Translations under genes and position numbers: made by a program | In this document: one piece after another, positions 19,118 to 27,850 of the stretch | Numbering within the stretch: position 1 is the stretch's first letter | Layout: every line of letters begins with the position of its first letter | Notes under the pieces: model-generated | What the model was told of the DNA's origin: nothing | Database searches by the model: none | The model's input: the letters and a program-made list of their open reading frames with translations, nothing else | From: a virus | Lineage: Duplodnaviria > Caudoviricetes | IMG/VR virus record: IMGVR_UViG_3300017791_000207 | Coordinates: 32,001 to 96,000 of that record | Reading direction: 5' to 3' (one strand) | DNA: 64,000 nt

Positions 19118-19498
19118 TTAAGAAAAATCTGCAATGATTAATTTAAGTTGTTCAATAGTATCTTCAAAAGTTTTGATTTCAGCTTCGGTTTGAGACACTT
19201 CTTGTTCAGCTTCATAAACTTTTTTACGAGCTTGTTCGCGGAATGCAAGGTAAGATTCAAAATTTTTATCAGTTCTGAAACGACTTTCTTCAAATGCTTT
19301 CTTGGCTTTTACCACTTGATTTTGATTACGAGCTAATTTTAGTTTGGCTTTTTGAAGATCACCTGTTTCTACATTTGCTAGTTCTAACTGAGCATCAATC
19401 AAAGCCTCCTGAGCAAATTGTTCGATTTTCTCTTTTTGAATTTGTTTCTCGTCTTTGTTTACAGTTTTAAGCACTGCTGCTACGAATTTGTTTGTCAT
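19118..19498 (-). CDS. Coiled-coil hypothetical protein
   Basis: Helical, K/E/Q-rich heptad pattern. Confidence 0.6.
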   Translation of the reverse strand: MTNKFVAAVLKTVNKDEKQIQKEKIEQFAQEALIDAQLELANVETGDLQKAKLKLARNQNQVVKAKKAFEESRFRTDKNFESYLAFREQARKKVYEAEQEVSQTEAEIKTFEDTIEQLKLIIADFS

Positions 19499-20250
19499 TT
19501 TGATGTGTTTTTTAATTTAATTGTTTGAAATGGTTTTGATTCTTGTTTGTTATTAGGAATAAATACTTCTAATTTTTTACGTTTGTTTTTTGATAATGTT
19601 GGATAACACTCTTTCGGAGTCAAAGGTACTATAAAATGTTCTTCTATTGTTGGTATGGATTGTAAATCTTTGTTAATGTCTTTCTTAGGAATTTCCTGTG
19701 GTAAAGCTTTTACCCATCTTCCTATTAGACTTTTTGGTTTATTAAATTCCTTCACATTAAATGGTTTGCCGATTCTTTCATACTCTTCTATTTCTTCTTT
19801 TGAAGCTTTTCGAAATTTAAGTTTGGATTCATATTTTGAATCACCATTCCAACCATTGTTTCTAAGACTCTTATCTACATGCACATTAAAACCTCTTGCA
19901 TCTTCATAAGAATCTCTTGATAGTTTATAACAGTAATTTATGGGTATTGAATCCTGCCAAGTGTCCTTACCGTTGCATCCTGCCAAAAGAACTATATAAC
20001 TATCTTTTGGATATTGACAAACTTCTTCTACTATTTCTGCCCATTTTTTAGTATCATAAAGAAGTGGAGTAATATCTTCCTTTTCTTTAACTCCTACAAT
20101 TATATCACCGCCACTTGTCCAAAAACGGGGTTCACTATCTACTGTATAAATATCAGTAATTGTTGGGGTATGAGCAGGTTTAAACTTAGCACCAATTGGA
20201 TACCTTCGTTTTGCCTCTTCTAATAAGGCTTCTTGTGAGTTGTTTTCCAT
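19495..20250 (-). CDS. Hypothetical phage protein
   Basis: LLEEAKRRYPIG...KWAEIV module typical of Bacteroidota phage accessory genes. Confidence 0.6.
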   Translation of the reverse strand: MENNSQEALLEEAKRRYPIGAKFKPAHTPTITDIYTVDSEPRFWTSGGDIIVGVKEKEDITPLLYDTKKWAEIVEEVCQYPKDSYIVLLAGCNGKDTWQDSIPINYCYKLSRDSYEDARGFNVHVDKSLRNNGWNGDSKYESKLKFRKASKEEIEEYERIGKPFNVKEFNKPKSLIGRWVKALPQEIPKKDINKDLQSIPTIEEHFIVPLTPKECYPTLSKNKRKKLEVFIPNNKQESKPFQTIKLKNTSK

Positions 20251-20254
20251 AAGT

Positions 20255-21121
20255 TTATTTTATTGTTTTCCACGCTTTTAAACCAAGTGATTTTATTTCG
20301 TATAGTTCTACCTTCTTAAGAGGTTCATTTTGTAAAGGTAAATTATTATTTCCTTTCAAAAAGTTAAAATTACACATGAATGAATAATCATTTCCTACTT
20401 TAATTCGATATATACCTACTTTCTTTACATGGTATGTGTCAATAAGGTTTTTAGAACTGTCAATTTTAGTCCATGTATAAGTGTCAGGATTTTGCACGTA
20501 TGGATCATCTGAAGAATACATAATTTCTACTTCTTTGAAATTTACAGGATCAACTTTCCAATCCAAGAAATCATAACCAATTTCATAAAATAGAATACTA
20601 AAACCAAGAGGTATATTTGAGCAATCTAATACATAGATTCTGTTAGAAGCATTACCTGATAATTGGATCGTGTCACCTACCTGATATTGAATACCATTAT
20701 AAAAGAATAGTGCTGAATCAGAAAGGGTTACAGTATTAAAAGAACCTTGATTAGAATTATTACTTGTCGTACTGAAAAGATGTGTTTCGCCACCTTGTAC
20801 ATAAAGATGTCCATTACCTGTGAAATTTACCTGATTAAGAGTAGTATAACCATTTGTATAGATGTTTCCACCATAGGGTAAATTGATTGTTTGATAATTC
20901 AATACATTGTTAAATGTCCAATTATAAATATTATTCCAATTTACACTTGTACTGATTGTCATTGGTCCTTGGAAGCACTGATCACCATTGAAACTTTGGT
21001 TTGTCAAGTAAGAGCCTGTTACAGGATTATTACATGGTGGTGTAAAGTTACATTGAGCCTGACTTATATAGGAAATACCTGAGAGTAGGCTGATTAAGAT
21101 TGTCTTTTTCATTTTTAGCAA
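20255..21121 (-). CDS. Secreted protein resembling Bacteroidota surface/T9SS-cargo proteins
   Basis: Signal peptide ending SQAQC, Asn/Gly/Thr-rich beta region, degenerate PL....F....L.W...EI..S.D...W..I segment. Confidence 0.55.
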   Translation of the reverse strand: MLKMKKTILISLLSGISYISQAQCNFTPPCNNPVTGSYLTNQSFNGDQCFQGPMTISTSVNWNNIYNWTFNNVLNYQTINLPYGGNIYTNGYTTLNQVNFTGNGHLYVQGGETHLFSTTSNNSNQGSFNTVTLSDSALFFYNGIQYQVGDTIQLSGNASNRIYVLDCSNIPLGFSILFYEIGYDFLDWKVDPVNFKEVEIMYSSDDPYVQNPDTYTWTKIDSSKNLIDTYHVKKVGIYRIKVGNDYSFMCNFNFLKGNNNLPLQNEPLKKVELYEIKSLGLKAWKTIK

Positions 21122-21522
21122 AATTTTTGTTTTATTTCTTGATAAAATTCTTTACCTTCTTCTGAAAGGTCATTTTTAAACCACCATTTATCATTATCAT
21201 GTAGACAAGATAGCTCAATTAAAAATTCTTCTCCTAATTCTTGAATATCTTCGGGCAGCATATTCCATATTCTACTAATCCCTGCTTCTCCAAATACTTT
21301 ATCAATTACTTTGCGTAGAGATTTAGGGAGCAATCTACCCACAGCATCTCCATCTGTTTCTACCATAAGGCTTTCTCCACTATACATGACTTGTCCCCAA
21401 TATCTATTTGTAAAGCCTCTGTAGTCTTCTTCCTCTTTCCATCCTATGCAGCGAGGATGTTCTTTGTAATATTGGACTGTATCATCCAATATCTGTCTTC
21501 TACGATTTTTAATTGGTTTCAT
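21115..21522 (-). CDS. Hypothetical protein (paralog of 31577-31996)
   Basis: LDDTVQYY..HPRC, GDAVGRLL, FLIELSCLHDN..W shared pattern. Confidence 0.6.
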   Translation of the reverse strand: MKPIKNRRRQILDDTVQYYKEHPRCIGWKEEEDYRGFTNRYWGQVMYSGESLMVETDGDAVGRLLPKSLRKVIDKVFGEAGISRIWNMLPEDIQELGEEFLIELSCLHDNDKWWFKNDLSEEGKEFYQEIKQKFC

Positions 21523-24340
21523 TGTATAAATTTTTTACATAATAATTCCATCCACTCCATTCCATATAAACGCGCGGTTCTCTTGGTACGATAGGGTTGT
21601 AAGGAAGATTTTTGAAATCTCTAATATTTTTTACTTTATTCACTAATAGATATTTAATAAAATCTTCGTAATTTAATTTAACATATCTTATTTTACTTGG
21701 AAAGAAATCCTCTTTATTATATTCTTTATAAAATCTATTAGGGTAAAGAGGTAAAATATTTTTTGGAAATTCTATGTTTAATGAACCTTCTTTCCACTTT
21801 CTATATTGTCTAATACTTGATATAATTCCATTATGCTTCTTATTTACTTCAATTATAGTTTTCTTAGCATCTTCATAAGAAATATATTTTAATTCTTGTA
21901 ACTTTTTCCAATTCCATTTACCTTTATAAACCGAATAAGGGTTTTGTGGAATATAAGGAGGATAATTGTCCTTTCTTTTTTCATGAGTGTTACAATCTAA
22001 AATTTCATTTCTTACAAACCATTTAATAGCTTCTTCAAATGATAAAAATCCTTCTTTATAGTTTAAAAATTCGTGCCATCTAAATTTAACACCATACCTT
22101 TTTTCAGGATCTTTTGGAAGATTTGGGGGAAAATCATTTTTTAAAGTCCATTTTTTATATTGTCTAAATGTTTTAATGTTTGAATGATTCTCTAAAATAT
22201 ATTTTTTAGCTACTGGATAACTATAAATCTCAGGTTTGAAAATGTTTTTCCAACCAGGCCAATCTCTATAATATTCTCGTGGATATCGAGGACAACGATA
22301 ATTTTTTATTTTTAAATATTCTTTCTCTGTATAAATCTGTTCTCTTTTTAAGTATGTTTTTAGTTCTTCTAATGTATAAAACTTACTTCCTTTTATGAAA
22401 CTAAATTTAAACACTTCTTTAAAATCAAAAACTTTTAATTTATTACCAGAATATTCCAAAAACTCAATATTTCCCTTAAAAGTACTATTATTAGGCTTGG
22501 CCTTAAAAGAGGTTATTCTTCCATCTTGTGTTTCTAATGCATTCAGTACTTCGATTAACTTTTCATAATCTTCTGATTCTGAGGGAATTATTACATATCC
22601 TCGTTTTTTATTAGGATACTTACGAATGCATCTGCCCACTGATTGTACAATATCAATTTTACTTTTCTTGGGATAACCATATAAAACAGCATCCGTATTC
22701 CTTACATCCATTCCTTCCTGAAAGCAATTTACCGAGGATATAACTGCCTTTTCAGCGTTTACAAAATTACCATATTGATTTTCATATAAAAATTCTGTTT
22801 GTTTAGAATTAATAGTAGAAGTATTGTAATCTAAACCATGAATCTTTTGAAATTTGTCATAGACTTCTATAAATAACTCGGCTTCATGAATAGTGGGATG
22901 ATAAGTTATTATCTTTTTGATACCATATTTCTGTATTGATTTAATGAGTGCCAACGCAGAAACTAAAATTCGAGTCTTAATACCTAACTTAATATTTTTA
23001 TCAAGGAAAAATTCTTCATTTATTTCCAATATATTCCTTACTTCTTCAGATTTAAAACCTATACTAAGTATTTTATAATCTAAGACTATTTTGTTTTGAA
23101 TCATTTCGGGTAATGAAATATTGGATATAGTTTCTCCAAATTTTTCATTATTCATCCCTATACCCTCATTAAGAAAGATTTTTTCAGTAGCTGTTAAAAA
23201 TAGGGCTTTCTCATATTTAGTAGAAGTAACTGCCGAAAGATACTTCTTATTTTCAGGTCCTGCTATTCTATGAGCTTCATCAAAAATTGCTAATTGAAAA
23301 TCAGGAAATTTATTAATGATGGATTCAAAACTTTTTAGAGTTGTAAATACTACAATATTAGCAGTCTTACTTATTCCTTGTATAGCTTCCATTTGCTTTT
23401 CTACAGAAGATGCAAGTAATGCAATTTTATTACTTTTAAGAGGTTTTTGAAATAATGAACCAAAGGCATAAAACCTGTGGTTAGGTAAAGAGTTCTTGAA
23501 AGCTTTTATTTGTTGATATAATAACATTCGGGAAGGGATAACTACTATCAGCCTTTTAATATCTAATTTCTTGACTATTTCAATAGCTGTATAGGTTTTA
23601 CCTGATCCACATGGATGTATTACCTTACCTCTGTTATTATCCTTAAAAAATTCTACTGCTTTATTTATGGTGCATGTTTGATGTTCCCACTCTTTAAATT
23701 TAGTAGTTGTCTGTTGATCTTTTGTTGGAATGACTTCCAATTTCCTTACAAGAGGTTTTTCATTTATAAGAGTTGGAATAATAGAACTAAAAGCATTTTC
23801 GATGTTATTTTTACTTAATTTAGTATCATCTTGAATGGTTTTTAGACAAATTTTCCCCTTTTGTAGAAGTGTGTAAACACCAATTAAGTTTTGAAGTGCT
23901 TTTTTGTCTTTCCCTTGGAGGTTAGTACCTTTATCAAAGGAGTAAGATTCACCACAGTTATTACAGTCATATCTTTTACCGCGCTGTATTACATTGGTGC
24001 TACTACATTTAATACAAGTTTTGTTATCTCCCCATATAATTTTCTCAAAATAATCATATACAAAGCTTTCAGTAGATGAAATACTCTCAATATCTTTTCC
24101 TTCAAGAGGTCTTTCAAACTTATCATAGGAATTTCTATCTTGAATATCATAAACCTTAAAATAAGATTTATATTTCTTTTTGAGTACTTCTAATATTTCC
24201 TCTTCTGTAAATTCTTTATCTTGTTCAGCTAAAAATAAATACAAATCAGAAATAAGATCATCTTTTTCAAAGAAGTTACTCTCAAAAGCACCATTTCTGA
24301 ATTGTTTATCTATTATTTCGGATATTGTATTATATTCCAT
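21509..24340 (-). CDS. Chimeric SF2 helicase: N-terminal Zn-ribbon/HTH, ResIII-like helicase core, C-terminal integrase-repeat-like units
   Basis: CIKCS..YDCNNC Zn ribbon; PCGSGKT, FDEAH, TAT, EGMDV, QSVGRCIR; about five repeats like YTLEELK...PRYPREYY.DWPGW. Confidence 0.85.
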   Translation of the reverse strand: MEYNTISEIIDKQFRNGAFESNFFEKDDLISDLYLFLAEQDKEFTEEEILEVLKKKYKSYFKVYDIQDRNSYDKFERPLEGKDIESISSTESFVYDYFEKIIWGDNKTCIKCSSTNVIQRGKRYDCNNCGESYSFDKGTNLQGKDKKALQNLIGVYTLLQKGKICLKTIQDDTKLSKNNIENAFSSIIPTLINEKPLVRKLEVIPTKDQQTTTKFKEWEHQTCTINKAVEFFKDNNRGKVIHPCGSGKTYTAIEIVKKLDIKRLIVVIPSRMLLYQQIKAFKNSLPNHRFYAFGSLFQKPLKSNKIALLASSVEKQMEAIQGISKTANIVVFTTLKSFESIINKFPDFQLAIFDEAHRIAGPENKKYLSAVTSTKYEKALFLTATEKIFLNEGIGMNNEKFGETISNISLPEMIQNKIVLDYKILSIGFKSEEVRNILEINEEFFLDKNIKLGIKTRILVSALALIKSIQKYGIKKIITYHPTIHEAELFIEVYDKFQKIHGLDYNTSTINSKQTEFLYENQYGNFVNAEKAVISSVNCFQEGMDVRNTDAVLYGYPKKSKIDIVQSVGRCIRKYPNKKRGYVIIPSESEDYEKLIEVLNALETQDGRITSFKAKPNNSTFKGNIEFLEYSGNKLKVFDFKEVFKFSFIKGSKFYTLEELKTYLKREQIYTEKEYLKIKNYRCPRYPREYYRDWPGWKNIFKPEIYSYPVAKKYILENHSNIKTFRQYKKWTLKNDFPPNLPKDPEKRYGVKFRWHEFLNYKEGFLSFEEAIKWFVRNEILDCNTHEKRKDNYPPYIPQNPYSVYKGKWNWKKLQELKYISYEDAKKTIIEVNKKHNGIISSIRQYRKWKEGSLNIEFPKNILPLYPNRFYKEYNKEDFFPSKIRYVKLNYEDFIKYLLVNKVKNIRDFKNLPYNPIVPREPRVYMEWSGWNYYVKNLYNETN

Positions 24341-24519
24341 TATATTCTAAATATTGTTTTGATTAAATTTTTAGTTGCCAAATCAGAAATAGTTTTAACT
24401 ACGCCTGATTGTTGTCTTTCTAAATTTTGAGTATATCTTTTCTTATACTCTTCTCGAACTTGTTCAGATTTTTTTAATGACCATTTTCCATGAACAAGAT
24501 ATTTGTCTATTGTATTCAT
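24340..24519 (-). CDS. 59-aa ORF linking DGR RT and helicase (not in ORF track)
   Basis: MNTIDKYLVHGKWSLKKSEQVREEYKKRYTQNLERQQSGVVKTISDLATKNLIKTIFRI; ATGA overlap with RT stop, TAATG overlap with helicase start. Confidence 0.6.
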   Translation of the reverse strand: MNTIDKYLVHGKWSLKKSEQVREEYKKRYTQNLERQQSGVVKTISDLATKNLIKTIFRI

Positions 24520-25457
24520 TGTATTAAAAGTTTAGCTTCAAGATTCCTCGCGTTGGCATGACCAGTCCAACCAAGATAGGAAGCGATTGATGTTAATTTG
24601 TGCCTGTTTCTTCGGAAATTTTCTTTGATATATTTTCTTACTTTTACTTTATCCTGATCAATTACATAACCAAGGAAGTCCAAAGGTCTTTTATTGATAG
24701 GAAATACTTGTTTATTCGAGAGTTTCAATCTTAATTTTTTATCAAGGTAATCTTCAATCTCATTTTTCAAGTAATATAAATACTCTTTACTCTCATGAAA
24801 TATTACAATGTCATCGCAGTAGATAGCAAGATATTTTATTTTTATGACTTCTTTAAGGTAATGTGAGAATTCGTTAAGATAAACATTTCCAAACCACTGC
24901 GAGGTAAAATTACCAAGTACGCAGCCATGCTCGATAGAATCAATAATCAAATCTAACAACCACAATAAATCAGGATCTTTAAACTTACGTCTCAGAAAGC
25001 CTTTCAAAAGGTCGTGAGATAGTGATGGGTAAAATTTCTGAATATCCATCTTCAAAACATACTTAGTTCCTTTCCTATCTTTAAGATGTTTCTTAATGTC
25101 TTTCAAGCACTTATGGACTCCGCGCGATTTAAGGCAAGAATAGGTCTGAGAAATAAAACTATCTTTTAAAATATCTCCAATGACAAGTATTATCGCCCAT
25201 TGAACAACACGATCTTTAAATGGAAGCTTTGAAATAATTCTTTCTTTAGGCTCATAAATCTTGAATACGAAATACTCCGATAACTTATAGGTTCTTGTTA
25301 ATAATTCTTGCTGTAAGAGTCTCAAATTTTCACTTAAATTACTGTTCCATATCCTAACATCCTTCTTCTTTCTTTTGCCTTTCTGCGCCTTCTGAGAAGC
25401 CTTTATGAGGTTCTCCATACTCACTATCTTATAGAATAAATTTCCTTTTCTTTTCAT
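24516..25457 (-). CDS. DGR reverse transcriptase
   Basis: MKRKGNLF..I...NL..A, EPKERII..LPFKDRVVQ, KMDIQKFYPS, GNFTSQ, YCDD, DFLGY; 313 aa with no maturase or endonuclease domain. Confidence 0.95.
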   Translation of the reverse strand: MKRKGNLFYKIVSMENLIKASQKAQKGKRKKKDVRIWNSNLSENLRLLQQELLTRTYKLSEYFVFKIYEPKERIISKLPFKDRVVQWAIILVIGDILKDSFISQTYSCLKSRGVHKCLKDIKKHLKDRKGTKYVLKMDIQKFYPSLSHDLLKGFLRRKFKDPDLLWLLDLIIDSIEHGCVLGNFTSQWFGNVYLNEFSHYLKEVIKIKYLAIYCDDIVIFHESKEYLYYLKNEIEDYLDKKLRLKLSNKQVFPINKRPLDFLGYVIDQDKVKVRKYIKENFRRNRHKLTSIASYLGWTGHANARNLEAKLLIQ

Positions 25458-25740
25458 TCTTTTATTTTATCACTCAACATCCCTGAGTGCTTATTACTAA
25501 GTCTCTTTCTACAATGATACTAAAGCCCGTTCAACTCATCTGTTTTTTACCACGGCTAGAAATGAGAAATATATTCTAACTTTATAGGTAGGGTCTAATT
25601 GTCTTTCTTTTTTATAATAAACATACGTCTGAAGGAATCATCGTGTTGTTGTTCCAATTGTTGTTGTAGTTGACAACTCAGTCGTGATCAGACTTTGACT
25701 AAGGGGGTAGAATGTAGACACATTCAATTAGACCTTTTAC
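25458..25740 (-). ncRNA. DGR template RNA (TR plus flanks and spacer)
   Basis: Non-coding interval; 10-bp inverted repeat 25592-25601/25725-25734 encloses TR; hairpin 25471-25489 just before RT start. Confidence 0.7.
25619..25693 (-). repeat. DGR template repeat (TR)
   Basis: AAC-rich on the minus strand; 75-nt ungapped match to VR1, 17 mismatches, all at TR adenines. Confidence 0.95.
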
Positions 25741-25751
25741 TTGCTTTTATA

Positions 25752-26303
25752 CTACTCGTTTATCATTGAATAGTCATCATATATTTCAGGGAACATTTCA
25801 TATGCTTTTAAAGCTAATTTTGAAGATTTAAAACACACGCCCGAAGGAAGCAACGCGCCGTTGCTCCAATCGTAGCTGCAGTAGACAACCCAGCCGAGAT
25901 CAGACGAATAATACTTGTATGGAAAATATTTACCCATACTTGTATCTTTCCAAGTAAGCTCAGTTCCTCCATTCATTACTTCCGAAATAATCATCATCTT
26001 TTCAGATGCATTGATACTTTTTTGACGTGGGGTGAGTTTATTACCTTGGTAAGGAAGAACCAATTTATCTAGTCTTTCTTGAATGACAGACTTATCGATA
26101 TCTCCTGGTTCTTTAAGGTATTTCTTCAGAGTTTTAGTTTGTTCTTCGTTGGCAGCTTCAAACATTTCAGATACTTGTGCTTGTGTAAGTTCTGTATCTT
26201 CAAATAGAGAAGTCATTTTCTTGATTTTACTCTTCCAATCTTGACAAGCGATATCAAAAATGGCTTTCATACCTTCGTAAGGTACTTTTTGTGTGTTACT
26301 CAT
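25752..26303 (-). CDS. DGR target protein (about 183 aa, VR in C-terminal domain)
   Basis: Contains VR1; likely start MSNTQK at 26303 because the longer ORF overlaps the upstream gene. Confidence 0.88.
   Translation of the reverse strand: MSNTQKVPYEGMKAIFDIACQDWKSKIKKMTSLFEDTELTQAQVSEMFEAANEEQTKTLKKYLKEPGDIDKSVIQERLDKLVLPYQGNKLTPRQKSINASEKMMIISEVMNGGTELTWKDTSMGKYFPYKYYSSDLGWVVYCSYDWSNGALLPSGVCFKSSKLALKAYEMFPEIYDDYSMINE
25831..25905 (-). repeat. DGR variable repeat (VR1)
   Basis: Encodes SDLGWVVYCSYDWSNGALLPSGVCF near the target C-terminus. Confidence 0.95.
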
Positions 26304-26313
26304 GTGTTTTGTT

Positions 26314-26568
26314 TTACTGTTTATAAATATATAGATAATTGTTGATAACTTTATATACAAATCCTTTATAAAAAACAGACTTAGCATCAATTTCACTTAT
26401 CCTATAAAGAAACTCTAACCAAGCATCTTCTTCCTCTCCAAAATTAGCATCATCATAATCAGATAAACTAGGATGATCTAAAATTTCGGAGGCTCCTTCA
26501 GATAAGGTAAAGGAATTATACACCTCGTCTAAATTTTTAGCTTTTAATATTAACCTGTCTTCTATCAT
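26314..26568 (-). CDS. Hypothetical acidic protein
   Basis: 84-aa ORF directly upstream of the DGR target; no Avd resemblance. Confidence 0.55.
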   Translation of the reverse strand: MIEDRLILKAKNLDEVYNSFTLSEGASEILDHPSLSDYDDANFGEEEDAWLEFLYRISEIDAKSVFYKGFVYKVINNYLYIYKQ

Positions 26569-27290
26569 TCAAAATTTATTTAGGTCATTAATTGGAAAGT
26601 TAGTAAGGTGATCTTCAGGTATCTCAATTCGGTTGATACCTTGTGGTTGAGCGGGAATATTGGTTTTGATTGGCTCACCATAGAATAAGAAGTTCATTAT
26701 TTTGCGTATCATCAGTTTTTAGATTGAGACGATTATTAGTATTAATATTAACCAAATAAATATGTTGAGTAGTTTCAAGTAGAGTGCAAAGTTAAGTTGA
26801 TTATGTGAATATTAGTTGTTAAAAATTCGATAATTAAAAATTATGGTATTATAAAAACAAATATATGATAAAATTGATTGGAATGTGGAAAATTTACCAT
26901 AACTTTGCGTATCTGAAGCACAGCATTCGGGCTAAAGTCATTCCATCGCTACTTTACAGAGAGCTTGCAGATGAAATCCTCCTCATCTTTGGAGAGGGTA
27001 CAGTTATACTTTTTTGGGAGAACCTTTATTAGTTTTTCTATACCATTGACTATTAGGAGTACGAAGTACAGAACACCCACAAGTCAAGAAGGAGTACGAA
27101 AGGAAACCTGTAAGTATAGAGTGCTAGACTAAAAGTGCGAAGCACAAAGGTTTAAACCATTAACTATACAACTAGAAACCAAAATAGTACTCAAATAGAG
27201 AATCAAGAGTGGAAATGTAAAATAGAGGAAACGATCAAGAATAAGTACGAAATATGAGGCGTTTTCTTGACATTTATCAAGATTATAATT

Positions 27291-27821
27291 ATGAATAAAT
27301 TGAAATATAAATCATACAGTAGCATTAAACCTTCTTTTGCAGAGGTTCAAATCATCCAACAATTAAAAGATAGAAATATCTTCTATGTTAGAGAAGTGTA
27401 TTTTTATGGTTGTACAAATCCTAAAACAGGTTGTGAGTTAAGGTTTGACTTTTATATTCCAAATAAAAATCTCATAATTGAGTATGATGGTAAGGATTTT
27501 CATGAAGATAATGATGTGCAATACAGAGATTCGGTTAAGAATAAGTTTGCTAAACTCAACAAGATAAAAGTTGTGAGAATCGAAGGTATTCAGAATATTA
27601 CTAAAGTATTAAACCAATATTTCAATTCTAAGAGCAAGCCTAAGTTCAAAAGTAAAAATACCAAAGCACAATCTTATGGTTTATCAAACAATCAAAAGAA
27701 ACGTCTAACTGAACTTTTACAGCTTCAAAAAGATAGTCCTTTAGAATTTTATGATATGCTGATGGATATTAGAAAAACAGAGAAAAGAGTGTATGCCGAA
27801 TTAAAGAGACAATTCCCTTAA
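27291..27821 (+). CDS. Vsr/DUF559-like PD-(D/E)XK endonuclease
   Basis: AE..I...L, LRFDFYIP..NLIIEYDG..FH, RD..KN.FA....KVVRI; on the opposite strand to its neighbours. Confidence 0.8.
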   Translation: MNKLKYKSYSSIKPSFAEVQIIQQLKDRNIFYVREVYFYGCTNPKTGCELRFDFYIPNKNLIIEYDGKDFHEDNDVQYRDSVKNKFAKLNKIKVVRIEGIQNITKVLNQYFNSKSKPKFKSKNTKAQSYGLSNNQKKRLTELLQLQKDSPLEFYDMLMDIRKTEKRVYAELKRQFP

Positions 27822-27850
27822 ATAAGAAGGAAGGGTGAAAATCTTATTAA

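Larger units (their letters stand above)
24516..25905 (-). mobile_element. Diversity-generating retroelement core (VR-TR-spacer-RT)
   Basis: DGR-type RT plus TR/VR pair differing only at TR adenines. Confidence 0.95.

Noticed and set aside
23770-24050. IS1595 transposon
   Set aside because: Only a Zn-ribbon/HTH-like segment fused in frame to a helicase; no DDE domain or terminal inverted repeats seen
24516-25457. RT as group II intron, retron or Abi RT
   Set aside because: Short, no maturase domain, has the GNxxSQ motif, and an adenine-specific TR/VR pair is adjacent
25640-25670. (GTT)n microsatellite
   Set aside because: These are the AAC codons of the DGR template repeat
26314-26568. Candidate avd gene upstream of the DGR target
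   Set aside because: 84 aa and acidic, unlike the basic four-helix Avd of about 120 aa
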